Assembly: GCA_050949565.1 (NCBI GenBank)
Contig: JBMNFY010000017.1
Location: 224,001-288,000, forward strand
DNA: 64,000 nucleotides
Direction: 5' to 3'
DNA from: Kiritimatiellia bacterium
GTDB lineage: Bacteria > Verrucomicrobiota > Kiritimatiellia > RFP12 > UBA1067
The translations under genes were made by a program, and so were the position numbers. The first letter of the stretch is position 1, and each line of letters starts with the position of its first letter. Positions 37,201-48,297 of the stretch are shown here, piece by piece. The notes below the pieces were generated by a model, which did no database searches, was not told the DNA's origin, and saw nothing but the letters and a program-made list of their open reading frames with translations.

Positions 37201-40200
37201 GTGCATCCCGACGCCCGTTACACAGTGGCCGGTAGCGCCGCAACGCCGCTCACGCTCGGCAGCCTTGCCATCGATGACGGCAGCCACACCATCAGCGCGC
37301 ACCTCCAGCCGTCCGGCACCGGACCGCTCCCCATCACCCAGACACCAGGTGCCTCGCTGACCTTCTCGGACACCGTCTTACACGGTGGACTGGCAGGCAC
37401 GCCCACAATCACGCTCGCAGGAACCACGGCGCTTACTCTGACCGGCAGCGGCTTCTCCGCCACCCATGACGGACCGCTCGCGGGAACGGGCACACTGACC
37501 CTCGACGCCTCCGGTGCGACCCAGACACTGGCCAACCGCTCCGCGCTCGCGCAAACGCCGCTCGCGGTCAACGCGGGCACGCTCGCGCTGGACGCATCGC
37601 AGTTCAACGCGCCAGCCACGCTGGCGTCCGGCACCACCCTTGCCGCCGCATCCCCCACGACCAACGGTCTGACCGCCTTCTGGTACAACGGCAACTACAC
37701 TAACGCCGTGCTCAGCCGCGCGGCGCTTGAAGCGGCCGCCGCAGGCACGCCAGCCGCCGTCTCCATCCTTTCGGGCACAGACGGCATCTTCACCTTCTCC
37801 GACCTGCGTCCATTGGCCCCGCGCAATGATTGGTGGCTGCTGGTGCTGCGCGGCACCCTTCACATCCCCGAAGCCGGTGATTATCTGTTCCATCTTGAGA
37901 CCGATGACTACGGTTACCTCGGAATCGACGGACGCGACATTGCCACCAAGACACCCTGCGGCCTCTCCCACGCGCATGCCGGTCACCTTACGGCCGGTTC
38001 TCACGACATCCTCATTGGCCTCTCACAAATGACGGGCAACGCTTATCTGCGCATCCAGACCTCGCGCATGTTCACGTCCAAGACCGCGCTCCCGACCGCT
38101 TGGCTCACACCGCTCTCGTCGCTTTCGACTGTCAGCGGCGCGAGTTCACTCAATATCGCGAACGACGCGCACCTGCGCCTCACCTACGGCGGTGCCGGCT
38201 ATCCGCAGACAGGCGGCGTAGGCTCGGCGATCCCGTACTTCTCCGCTGTGCGCCCCCTCCTCTCCGGCAATGCAACCACCGTGTTCAATAAGCAGGGCAC
38301 GCTGGATATCGTCACCCTCGCCGCAGCCGCCGCAGACGGTTTCGCGGGACGCTTCGTAAACGGCGCGGGACGCACCACACTCGCGGCGCCCGCCATTCTG
38401 GCCCCATCCGCCCGAATCTCGCTGTACGACGACACCACGTTCACGCTGACCGCCGACCAAACTGCGGCCTCCCTCTCCGGCACGGGCGGTCTCTCCTTCG
38501 GCGCACCGGCTACGATCACGATCATCCACAATGACGATGACTGCGACATCTCAGCAGACAAGACTTACACGCACGCCATCGATTTCGGCACTAACAGCGG
38601 TCTCGCGGTGGGCGACATCAACGGTGTTCCTTTCCTCTCCACGTCCGCTACCTCTGGCACCTGCACCGGCACGGACGGTCGTACCTACGGATTCAAAGGC
38701 ATGCCGTCGCTCGGCCACGCAGGTAACGACCGCACCGCCGCCTCCGGCAAGCTGCACAAGCTCCTCTATGATATGAACATAGAGGGGCGAAACTTGACCT
38801 GTGAACTCAACGGTCTCGCACCGGACAAGACCTACGAACTGCGCATCTACCAGCGCTCGTGGAACGGGGTCAGTGTCAACGATAGCCGTAATCAACTCCT
38901 CGGCTTCATCGTCAACGATATCGGCCGGATCGATCACCAGTTCTCGTTCAGCGCCGACCTGACAAACACCGCCTACTATGTGGCCTACCGCTACCGCCCG
39001 TCGCCCTCCGGTGCACTGCGCGTGCGGCTCACGCCTCATATGCACAACAACACCTTGCACCTTTACGGGCTCACGAACGAAGAGGTGCCGAGCCGGCATC
39101 GCGTCTCCCGACGCCGACCGCCACGCTCACGCTCGCGCCGCCCGCCGACGAGTCGGCCCATTATGCCGGCGCGGTCGTCGGCAACGGCGCGGTCACGGTG
39201 GCCGGCCCCGGCACCCAGATCTTCTCCGGCCCCAACATCTCCTCCGGCGGCCTCACCATCACCGGCGGTGCTGCCGCGCTACATGCCGGCGCCATCATCG
39301 ACAGCTCTGCCTCCGTCCAAACTCCGGGCGCGTTGCATACTGCGGGTCCGGTCGAGATCAACGGACTCAGCGGCAACGGCGCGCTCGCCCTCGGCCTGCC
39401 AGCCCCCGGTGACACCGCCCCCTCGACACCCTATCTCGTCTTTCTCTCGACGGACGCCTCCACCGGCATTTCGACGGACAAGACCTACACCCACCTCTAC
39501 GATCTAGGCAGCGCGAATCCCGCCACCATCAACGGCGTCGCGTTCACCAAGGTGACCGGCAATACAGGCACCTTCTCGGCGTCTCCGGCCCTCCAGTCGC
39601 ACAGCGGCGCCTCGTTCACCGGTTCAGCACGAGGCCCCGTCCCGGCCGACTCCGCCCTTTACACACTGCTGTTCGACATGTGCTATGTAGGCGGGGCTGA
39701 TCCCGCACCCAAGAATACGACACTGACCATCGCCGGACTCACACCGGGACGTCCGTACGAGTTGCGCATCTATAACCGTTCGTGGGGCTGGAACAGCAAC
39801 CGCCAGCAGTTTATCGACTTCTGCAGCACACTGGATGGAAGTTACCGCGACAGCTTCTTCTTCAACCCGGACGCGCTGGCACCCAACGCGCTGGTTTACC
39901 GCTACGTTCCGCAAAGTACCACGCTGAGCATCCGTGTCTCGAACACGACCAATAACAACGGCTGGCACCTCTACGCATTGACCAACGAAGACCTCAGCGA
40001 CTCGGACGCGACGGACGGTGGCCTGACGGTCGCTATCCCGGCAGACCGCACCGATACCTTCGCGGGCACGTTGGCCGGTCCCGCCCCGTTGACAAAGAGC
40101 GGCGCAGGCGGCCTGATGTTGACCGGCTCCTCGACTGCAAACGGTCCGATGACCATCGCCGCAGGCGGATTCGGCACAGCATTCACGAACGACGCCCCGC

Positions 40201-40508
40201 TCACGACCGGCCCGGTCACATTCGCGGCCGGCACCGCGTATCTCTGGGACTGGAACGCCGTCGGCGCGGGCGGCACGTTGACCGCAGGCAGAATCGTCCT
40301 GCCGGACGCCTTCACGATCATGGCGGCGCAGGGCGGCCAACCGCCCGCCCGCTGGCCGGTCTTGGTTTCGGAAGACGCGCCCCTCGGGACGCCCCTCGAA
40401 TCGATCACGCTCGTCGGTTTCCCGAACTCCGTAAAGGCCGAATATTCCGCCGACGGACGCACCCTTCTCCTGACCAATCAGCGCGGCACCGTCATGACTA
40501 TTCAATAG
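34270..40508 (+). CDS. ~2070-aa secreted surface protein (beta-strand repeats, CBM-like, PA14, duplicated domain), frameshifted near 39090-39120
   Basis: Protein-like sequence stops at LTNEEVP and resumes in another frame as TATLTLAPPADESAHYAG; ends GTVMTIQ. Confidence 0.75.
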
Positions 40509-40665
40509 CCGGACGGCAAAGATTCGTCTTTCTCCTTTGGGGAGGGCGAGCGTCCTTACGAGTCGCCTGAGCAAACGACCAAGGGGGACCCCTGATTTTC
40601 ATGGAGTTTCATGTGTTTCATGGTCCACTTGGACGTTGAACATTTCGACATCCAGCGTTCTATCC

Positions 40666-40694
40666 TTGCAAATTTCCTCTTCTTATCTTACCAT
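40666..40694 (+). promoter_or_regulatory. Sigma70 promoter
   Basis: TTGCAA-17 bp-TACCAT. Confidence 0.55.
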
Positions 40695-40743
40695 GCCCGC
40701 AAATTCTTTGTTTGCTGTATGACTACTCACCGAAAGGACGGCC

Positions 40744-43613
40744 ATGAACTACGTTGTTTCTCTCTTCACGTGCTCGCCCCGCTCACTGCGTCTCCGCGTT
40801 TTCGCGCTCGCGTACGCTTTTCTGCTATTCCCCCTCGTCTTGTCCGCCGACACCTACGGTGACTACACCTACACTGTCAGCGGTGGAAAGGCCACCATCA
40901 CCGGCTACAGCGGCCCCGGCGGTACCGTCACCATCCCTTCCACCATCGGTTCCGGCAACTATCCCGTCACCGCCATCGGCGACATGGCTTTCTTCTGGAA
41001 ATCATCCCTGACATCCGTCACCATCCCCAATAGCGTCACACACATCGGCGAACACGCCTTCGCCCTGTGTGAATCCCTGACATCCGTCGATATCCCAAAC
41101 AGCGTCACACACATCGGCGGAAGCGCCTTCTCCAGTTGCGCGTCACTCGCCTCCGTCTTCATCCCCGCCAGCGTCACATCCATCGGCGACGATGCCTTCA
41201 CCAGTTGCGCGTCCCTCACAAGCATCTCCGTCTCCCCAAGCAACGATGACTACGCCAGCGTCGACGGCGTCCTGCTCAACAAAGCCTGCACCGAACTGAT
41301 CCGGTGTCCCAATGCGTATTCCGGCCCCTTCACCATCCCCAACAGCGTCATCCATATCCGGGACGGTGCCTTCGGTGGATGCAGATTCCTCACCTCTGTT
41401 ACTATGGGCGGCAGTGTCAGGTATATCGGCAAATCCGCTTTCTCCGGCACCTACTCCCTCACCTCCGTTACCACCATTCCCGCCAGCGTCGTCGACATCG
41501 GCGAATACGCTTTCTATGACTGTCGCTCACTCACAGCCATCGACGTCGCTCCGGCCAACCAGCACTACGCCAGCATTGACGGCGTTCTGCTCAACAAAGC
41601 CCGCTCCCAACTGATCCAGTGCCCCGGTGCCTATTCCGGCTTTTTCACCATCCCCAACACGACCACCGATATCGGTCGGTACGCATTCCATGAGTGCGCC
41701 GACCTCACCTCGGTCTCCATCCCTAACAGCGTCGTCGACATCGGCTTCAGAGCCTTCTACCACTGCACCTCGCTCACAGCCGTCGCCATCCCCAGCAGCG
41801 TCACCAACATCGGCGAGAAAGCCTTCTACGACTGTACCTCGCTCACCGCCATCGACGTCGCCTCAGCGAACTTGCACTACGCCAGCGCAAGCGGCGTCCT
41901 CTTCAACAAAACCCGCACCGAACTGATCCAATGCCCCGGTGCTTTCTCCGGCCCTTTCGACATTCCCAGTAGCGTCACCCATGTCGTCGCGGAAGCCTTC
42001 TACAACTGCGCCTCGCTCACCGCCATCTACGTCGATCCGGCCAACCAGCACTACGCCAGCACAAGCGGCGTCCTGCTCAACAAGGCCCGCACCGAATTGA
42101 TCACATGCCCTGGCGCTTACTCCGGCCCCTTCAACATTCCCGGCAGCGTCACCAATATCGGCCGGTGCGCCTTCTACAACTGCTCCGGCCTCTCTTCGGT
42201 CAACATCGGCAGTAGTGTCACCAATATCGGCTCATACGCCTTCTTCGGTTGTACATCCCTCACCTCCGCCGCCATCCCCGACAGTGTCACAAGCATCGGC
42301 TTCAGTACTTTCTCCGGCTGTTCATCCCTCACCACCGTCACCATCGGCAGCGGCGTTATATCTACGACGCCACCTTCACCGACTGCGCCTCCCTCTCATC
42401 CGTCATCTTCACCGGCAACGCCCCGGTACTTGGCGAAGGCTATGCCTTCCCTGGGACTCCCGACACGCTCATGATCTACTACCTTTCCGAAACCACCGGA
42501 TGGTCGCCGACTTTCGCCGGCGTCCCGACCAAAGAGATCCCGCTCTCGTACGAACACACCCATTCCGACACACAAATCAGGATCACGGACCTCGCCGACT
42601 GGTATGCCGGCCATCTCCCCCTGCCGCCAACCTTGAGCGGCCGTCCCGTCACCGCCATCGCCGCCTACGCCTTCTACAACTGCACCAACCTCACCTCCGT
42701 CACCATCCCGGCCAGCGTCGCATCCATCGGCAACGACGCCTTCTTCAGTTGTTCGTCCCTCACAAGCATCGGCGTTGCGGCGCACAATGACACCTACGCC
42801 AGCATCGACGGCGTCCTGTTCGACAAGCCCCTTGAGACGCTGATCGTATGCCCCGGCGGGTTTTCCGGCTCCTTCACCCTCCCCGACAGCACCGCCAACA
42901 TCGGCGAATTCGCCTTCACCTACTGCAAGGCACTGACCGCCGTCACCATCGGCCGCAGCGTCACCGGCATCGACGAAAACGCCTTCGGTGGCAACCCATC
43001 CCTCACAAGCATCAACGTCCACGCCGCGAACCAGCACTATGCCAGTATCGACGGCGTCCTGTTCGACAAGGCTCTTGAGACGCTGATCACATGCCCCGGA
43101 GGGCGCATCGGCTCCTACACCATCCCCGACGGCACCACCCATATCGGCGAAGACGCCTTCGAATCCTGTGAGTTCCTCTCCTCCGTCACCGTCCCCGCCA
43201 GCGTCACATCCATCGGCGGCGACGCTTTCCAACGGTGTCCCATCCTCACCGCCGTCCTCTTCACCGGCGACGCCCCGACCCCCGGCTACTCCGTCTTCTA
43301 CGACACGCCCGCCACGGTCTACTACCTGCCCGGCAAAAACGGCTGGACATCTTCCACCTTCGCCGGCCGCCCCGCCGTCTGCTGGAACCCCGTCTTCAGT
43401 TCGGCGACGCCCGCCTCCGGCGCGTTCAGCTTAACCCTCAGCGGCAACGCCAACGCTTCCCTTACCGTCTACATCGAAGCCAGCGAAAGCCTCACGTCCC
43501 CGGACTGGGTCATCCTTGATCGCATCACCATCCCCGCCGGCGGCACCGTCACCTTCACCGACACCGATTTCGGTACCTATCCCGCGCGCTTCTACCGCGT
43601 CACTTTGCCGTAG
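40744..43613 (+). CDS. BspA-type leucine-rich repeat (LRR_5) surface protein with C-terminal RFYRV domain, frameshifted near 42360
   Basis: Many C.SLTSVTIPNSVT.IG..AF repeats and YAS.DGVL(L/F)NK spacers across two frames; ends YIEASESLTSPDW...FTD......RFYRVTLP. Confidence 0.85.
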
Positions 43614-43663
43614 TAACTTGGGCGTTGAAGCGCACGGCACGTTATGGCAGAATACGCGCCCAA

Positions 43664-44569
43664 ATGGTCAGAGCAGGGTCTGTCATCAAATTGGAAGCGT
43701 ATGCCAAGATCAACCTGACGCTGGAGATCTTGGGCAAGCGGCCGGACGGTTACCACGAGCTGCGCAGCATCGTGATGCCCGTCACGTTGTCCGATACCAT
43801 CGCGCTCACCTCCACCTACGCGCAGACCGCGATGACGATCACCGCCGGGCCGGGAGTGGACCTCAGCAAGATCGGTTCGATGGAGCACAATCTGGCGGTG
43901 CGCGCCGCGCGTCTGATGCAGCTTCGCTATCAGGTCAATGCTGGCGCGCGCATCCACATTCACAAACGCATCCCGATCGGCGGCGGACTGGGAGGCGGCA
44001 GCGCGGATGCCGCCGGAGTGATCGTGGGGCTGGACCGCCTCTGGGAACTGGGACGCCCGCGCACGGAGCTGATGGCGCTGGGCGCGGAGCTGGGCAGCGA
44101 CATTCCTGCGCTGATCCACGGTGGCGCCGTACTGATGGAGGGGCGCGGCGAGCGCGTGCGGGGGCTCTTCGAGGGCACGCCGACGCCGTCCTGCCAAGGC
44201 TTCTGGCTGGTCATCGCCAACCCCGGGATCATGTGTTCCACGCCCGAGGTTTTCAGAAAATGGAGAGGAGGCTTGACTGCAAGCCCCCTCCTTCTCCATA
44301 ATATGACCTCTTCTATCCGTACCAGCGACGTCTCGGCTGCGGCGCTGGCGCTTCATAACGGTTTGCAACCGGCGGTCTACGAAAGTTACCCCGGTGTTGC
44401 CCAGACGGCCGCCCGGCTTCAGGAGGCGGGCTGCTTGGGTGTTTTGCTTTCCGGTAGCGGGGCGTCGGTGTTCGGGCTGGCAAGGGACGAGGCGCACGGG
44501 CGGGAGATCAGCCGGCGGCTGGGCGCCGGCATGTGGCACGTTGTGGCACAAACCTGCCCGGTGGTGTAA
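43664..44569 (+). CDS. ispE: 4-diphosphocytidyl-2-C-methyl-D-erythritol kinase
   Basis: AYAKINLTL..LGKRPDGYHEL, KRIPIGGGLGGGSADAA, LGSDIP, LSGSGASVFG. Confidence 0.96.
   Translation: MVRAGSVIKLEAYAKINLTLEILGKRPDGYHELRSIVMPVTLSDTIALTSTYAQTAMTITAGPGVDLSKIGSMEHNLAVRAARLMQLRYQVNAGARIHIHKRIPIGGGLGGGSADAAGVIVGLDRLWELGRPRTELMALGAELGSDIPALIHGGAVLMEGRGERVRGLFEGTPTPSCQGFWLVIANPGIMCSTPEVFRKWRGGLTASPLLLHNMTSSIRTSDVSAAALALHNGLQPAVYESYPGVAQTAARLQEAGCLGVLLSGSGASVFGLARDEAHGREISRRLGAGMWHVVAQTCPVV
44273..44302 (+). promoter_or_regulatory. Internal promoter in ispE, probably driving tRNA-Gln/prs
   Basis: TTGACT-18 bp-CATAAT. Confidence 0.6.
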
Positions 44570-44628
44570 TGGCAGCACAAGAGACTTTGACTCTCTCGGA
44601 GGTGGTTCGAATCCACCCCGGGCAACCA
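44555..44628 (+). tRNA. tRNA-Gln(UUG)
   Basis: Cloverleaf TGCCCGG...CCGGGCA-ACCA, anticodon loop CTTTGAC, GGTTCGAATCC T-arm; usual ispE-tRNA-Gln-prs position. Confidence 0.97.
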
Positions 44629-44657
44629 GTTTTGTGTTTGGGAAAGTGTGTGCGAGC

Positions 44658-45602
44658 ATGATTGTTTTTTCAGGAACTGCGAACCTACCGCTGGCCGAGC
44701 GGATAATGGCGTACCTCGAGGGCCGACTGGGCGACATCAACATCCGTCGTTTTCCGGACGGTGAAATTCATGTCAAGATTGTCGACAATGTGCGCGGCAG
44801 GGACGTTTTCATCGTTCAGCCGATCTGTACGCAGCCCAACGAGATGCTGATGGAGCTGCTGATTATGATCGATGCCGCGCGCCGGGGTTCGGCGACGCGC
44901 ATCACGGCCGTGCTCCCCTATTACGGCTATGCGCGCCAAGACCGCAAAGACCAGCCGCGTGTGCCGATCACCGCGAAACTCGTGGCCAACCTGCTGGTGG
45001 CCGCCGGTGCCAATCGCGTGCTGACTATGGACCTGCACGCCCAGCAAATCCAAGGATTTTTTGATATTCCCGTCGACCACCTGCACGCCGCGCCGGTAAT
45101 GGTGAAATACCTGCGCGAGATGGAGCTAAAAAAGCCGCTCGTCGTGTCGCCCGATACCGGAGGGGCAAAAGCGGCCTACGCTTACTCACAAATGCTGGGC
45201 ACGGGCCTGGCGATTGTGGCGAAGCAGCGCATGGGAGACGCGGAGGTGGACGCCTTCAGCGTCGTTGGTGACGTAGAAGGATGCGACGTGATCATGGTCG
45301 ATGACATGACCACGACGTGCGGTACGCTGTGCGCAGCCGCCAAGCTCTTGAAGGAGAAGGGGGCCTCGTCCATCCGGGCGGCGGTCACCCACATTCCCCT
45401 GACGGAGAAGGGCATTGAACGCTTGCAGGCGGACGCCTCGCTTACCGAGCTGGTCGTGACAGATACGGTCCCCTTACGGGCCGATCTGCCCACGGATAAG
45501 CTGCCGGTGAAGCTGACGGTGCTTTCCGTCGCCGAGCTGCTGGGTGAAGCGATCCGTAGAATCCACCAAGACCAGTCCGTGAGTTCGCTGTTCAGGTATT
45601 GA
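44658..45602 (+). CDS. prs: Ribose-phosphate pyrophosphokinase
   Basis: FPDGE, PYYGYARQDRK, DLHAQQIQGFF, SPDTGG, VDDM. Confidence 0.97.
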   Translation: MIVFSGTANLPLAERIMAYLEGRLGDINIRRFPDGEIHVKIVDNVRGRDVFIVQPICTQPNEMLMELLIMIDAARRGSATRITAVLPYYGYARQDRKDQPRVPITAKLVANLLVAAGANRVLTMDLHAQQIQGFFDIPVDHLHAAPVMVKYLREMELKKPLVVSPDTGGAKAAYAYSQMLGTGLAIVAKQRMGDAEVDAFSVVGDVEGCDVIMVDDMTTTCGTLCAAAKLLKEKGASSIRAAVTHIPLTEKGIERLQADASLTELVVTDTVPLRADLPTDKLPVKLTVLSVAELLGEAIRRIHQDQSVSSLFRY

Positions 45603-45755
45603 TGGGCGGCAGCACGGAAGAGAATGAGAAGCCAAAGCGGCATGCAGCGGGCACGGTGAACGGGCTCCTTCCGAACTTGGGTTGTGTTCGGTTCCGGGGC
45701 GGGTTGATCCGTGCTGTCGGTGCAGGCTGTAACGGCATGAGTGACAGAGGAAAAA

Positions 45756-46433
45756 ATGGCGAATGATACAATCAGAATGAAGGCCGAACCGCGTACGGAA
45801 CAGGGTTCCGTGGCTGCGGGCCGGCTGCGCCGCGCCGGGAGCATTCCCGCTGCGGTGAACCGTATCGGGGGCGACACGACGCTGGTGAAACTCGACGCAC
45901 ATGCGTTCACCAATATGTTGCGTCACCACGCGGCCGAGCAGATGCTCGTGACGCTCGACCTCGACGGCCAAGAGGTGTCCGCGCTGATGCGCGAGGTGCA
46001 GTACGACGTGATGACGGGTGCCCCGATCCATGTGGATTTCGGCGAGATCTCGCTGAGCGAGGTCGTCCGCGTCTCAATCCCGCTGCATCTGAAGGGCGAG
46101 CCCGAGGGCGTCAAGACCGGTGGCGGTATCCTGCAACAGATGCTGCGTTCGGTGGAAGTCGAGTGCCTGCCGAACGAGATCATCGACGCCTTCAATGTCG
46201 ATGTCTCGAAACTCAAAGTGGGGCAGTCGATTTTCGTGCGCGACCTCACGCTGGGCGATGCCTACACGCTCTTCACCGGCGAGGACGACGTCATCGCAAC
46301 GGTCGCCGCGCCTGCTGGTGCGGAAGAGGAAGCAGATAAGGCCGGCGAGGAGACTGAAGGCTCCCCCGAGGTAATCACCAAGGGCAAGAAGGAAGAGGGC
46401 GCCGAAGACGCCGCTCACGCCGCCAAAAAGTAA
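45756..46433 (+). CDS. rplY: 50S ribosomal protein L25/Ctc
   Basis: RLRRAGSIPA, EVQYD....PIHVDF, GVKTGGGIL, ECLP. Confidence 0.95.
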   Translation: MANDTIRMKAEPRTEQGSVAAGRLRRAGSIPAAVNRIGGDTTLVKLDAHAFTNMLRHHAAEQMLVTLDLDGQEVSALMREVQYDVMTGAPIHVDFGEISLSEVVRVSIPLHLKGEPEGVKTGGGILQQMLRSVEVECLPNEIIDAFNVDVSKLKVGQSIFVRDLTLGDAYTLFTGEDDVIATVAAPAGAEEEADKAGEETEGSPEVITKGKKEEGAEDAAHAAKK

Positions 46434-46451
46434 CCCGGAGGACACCACCGC

Positions 46452-47048
46452 GTGAAAATGATTGCGGGACTGGGAAACCCCGGCAAGGCCTACGTGAACA
46501 CGCCGCACAACGTCGGCTTCGATGTTGTCGACCTGTTGGCGGAACGCGCCGAGGCTGGCTGGAAGAACAGTTCCGGATTTCGTGCACGCGTTGCGCGCGT
46601 CGCCGGCGCAGGCGGCCCGCTGCTGCTGGTCAAGCCTCAGACCTTCATGAATCTGAGCGGGACCAGCGTGGCACCGTTGCTGCGCTACTACGGCGGCCTG
46701 CCGACCGACCTGACGGTGATTCTGGATGATGCGGACCTGCCACTTGGCACACTGCGCATCCGAGCATCAGGAGGTAGCGGCGGACATCGCGGACTGGCCT
46801 CGATCATCGAGGCGTTGGGAACCGAAGGGTTCCCGCGGGTCCGGCTGGGCGTGGGACGCAACGCATGCGGCGACTTGGTCGGGCATGTGCTCGGCCGCTT
46901 GGACGACGAACGCATGCGCCTGATACAGGCGACGATCGAGACGGCTGCCGACGCGGTGCAGTGCCTGACCGAAAACGGATTGAACGAAGCAATGAACCGG
47001 TACAACGGCTGGCGTGCCGAAGAGGCGCCAGCGAATGACCCCAAGTGA
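46452..47048 (+). CDS. pth: Peptidyl-tRNA hydrolase
   Basis: GLGNPG..Y..TPHNVGF, KPQTFMNLSG, DDADLP, GGHRGL. Confidence 0.97.
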   Translation: MKMIAGLGNPGKAYVNTPHNVGFDVVDLLAERAEAGWKNSSGFRARVARVAGAGGPLLLVKPQTFMNLSGTSVAPLLRYYGGLPTDLTVILDDADLPLGTLRIRASGGSGGHRGLASIIEALGTEGFPRVRLGVGRNACGDLVGHVLGRLDDERMRLIQATIETAADAVQCLTENGLNEAMNRYNGWRAEEAPANDPK

Positions 47049-47055
47049 GAGCAGT

Positions 47056-47472
47056 ATGAAAAAATACGATGGTTTGTACATCTTCGTCGGCACGGCGAAA
47101 GATGACGTTTTGGACCAACAGATCGACAAGGTGTGCGGCGAAATCACACGCCTGGACGGCAACGTGTTGACCACCGAGGTGCTCGGCAAGCGTACCTTTG
47201 CACGCCCGATGCAGAAGCGTGACAACGGCATCTATGTAAAGATCCGCTTCGAGCTGGATCCCAGCCAAGTCAGCGTGCTCCTCGGCCGTTATCGGCTTGC
47301 CGAGGACGTCTTCCGCGTACAGATCCTTGCCGTGGACGATCGCCGCGAGGCGGTCTTGGCCCGGCAGGCTGAAGAGCGCAAAGTCCGTGAGGCCGCGCGT
47401 GCCGCAGCCGAAGAGGCGACTACCGAAGATGAGGACAACGAAAACCAGGACGAGTTCGGGGACGACGAGTAA
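47056..47472 (+). CDS. rpsF: 30S ribosomal protein S6
   Basis: MKKYDGLYI...LGKRTFARPM.K...G.Y; operon position. Confidence 0.92.
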   Translation: MKKYDGLYIFVGTAKDDVLDQQIDKVCGEITRLDGNVLTTEVLGKRTFARPMQKRDNGIYVKIRFELDPSQVSVLLGRYRLAEDVFRVQILAVDDRREAVLARQAEERKVREAARAAAEEATTEDEDNENQDEFGDDE

Positions 47473-47508
47473 GTCCGACTGGATACTGGAATAAAAGGAC
47501 GGTAAACC

Positions 47509-47988
47509 ATGGCTTCCTACAACAAAGTAATCATCGCCGGCAATCTCACGCGTGATCCGGACATCCGTACCGCGGGGAGCGCCAAAGTGGCGGATATCCG
47601 CCTCGCGATCTCCGAGGCGTGGCGCGACAAGGCCTCGGGGCAACGCAGGGAGGTGACCTGTTTTGTTGACGTGGTCGCATGGGAGAGACTGGCGGAGTTC
47701 TGCCAGCAGTACTTCTTCAAAGGCAAAGGCATGCTCGTAGAGGGCCGCCTGCAGTTGGATGAATGGACTGACAAGCAGACCAACGAAAAGCGCAGCAAGC
47801 TGCGTGTGCGGGCCGACCGCATCATGTTCTGGGGCGCACCGCCGCGACAGGACGATGCCCCCGCTACACCGCAGCGCGCACCCGCCGCGTCCAGCGCGCC
47901 TAGCGCACCCGCCGCGAAGGATGAGCCGCCCGCTTTCGACGACGACTCTGGGAACCTCGCACAGGATGACGAGGATTTACCGTTTTAA
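47509..47988 (+). CDS. ssb: Single-stranded DNA-binding protein
   Basis: NKVIIAGNLTRDP, VEGRL, C-terminal DLPF. Confidence 0.97.
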   Translation: MASYNKVIIAGNLTRDPDIRTAGSAKVADIRLAISEAWRDKASGQRREVTCFVDVVAWERLAEFCQQYFFKGKGMLVEGRLQLDEWTDKQTNEKRSKLRVRADRIMFWGAPPRQDDAPATPQRAPAASSAPSAPAAKDEPPAFDDDSGNLAQDDEDLPF

Positions 47989-48023
47989 GACAACGTTTGA
48001 ATTGAACAAGAGGAATCAAGCTA

Positions 48024-48275
48024 ATGGCTAAGCAAAAACGAAGCAACCGACCGGGTCGGGACAGCCGCAGCCGCGACTTCACGCCCACCCGTAAACGTAC
48101 GCGTGTTCTGGATCCGAATGACATCGTGGATATCAACGATGTCGAGTTTCTCCGCCGGTTCGTCACCGAATACGGCAAAATTATTCCGGCACGCCTCACC
48201 GGCGTCACCGCTGCCCAGCAGCGCCAGATCAAACAGGGTGTGCGCCGCGCCCGTAACATGGGCCTGATGGCCTAA
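48024..48275 (+). CDS. rpsR: 30S ribosomal protein S18
   Basis: FVTEYGKIIPARLTG..A..QR......RAR. Confidence 0.96.
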   Translation: MAKQKRSNRPGRDSRSRDFTPTRKRTRVLDPNDIVDINDVEFLRRFVTEYGKIIPARLTGVTAAQQRQIKQGVRRARNMGLMA

Positions 48276-48297
48276 GACCGGAAAGGATTGAACCGTT

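Noticed and set aside
40744-43613. LRR near-duplications as DGR template/variable repeats
   Set aside because: Differences are not adenine-specific and no reverse transcriptase is present; this is ordinary LRR expansion.
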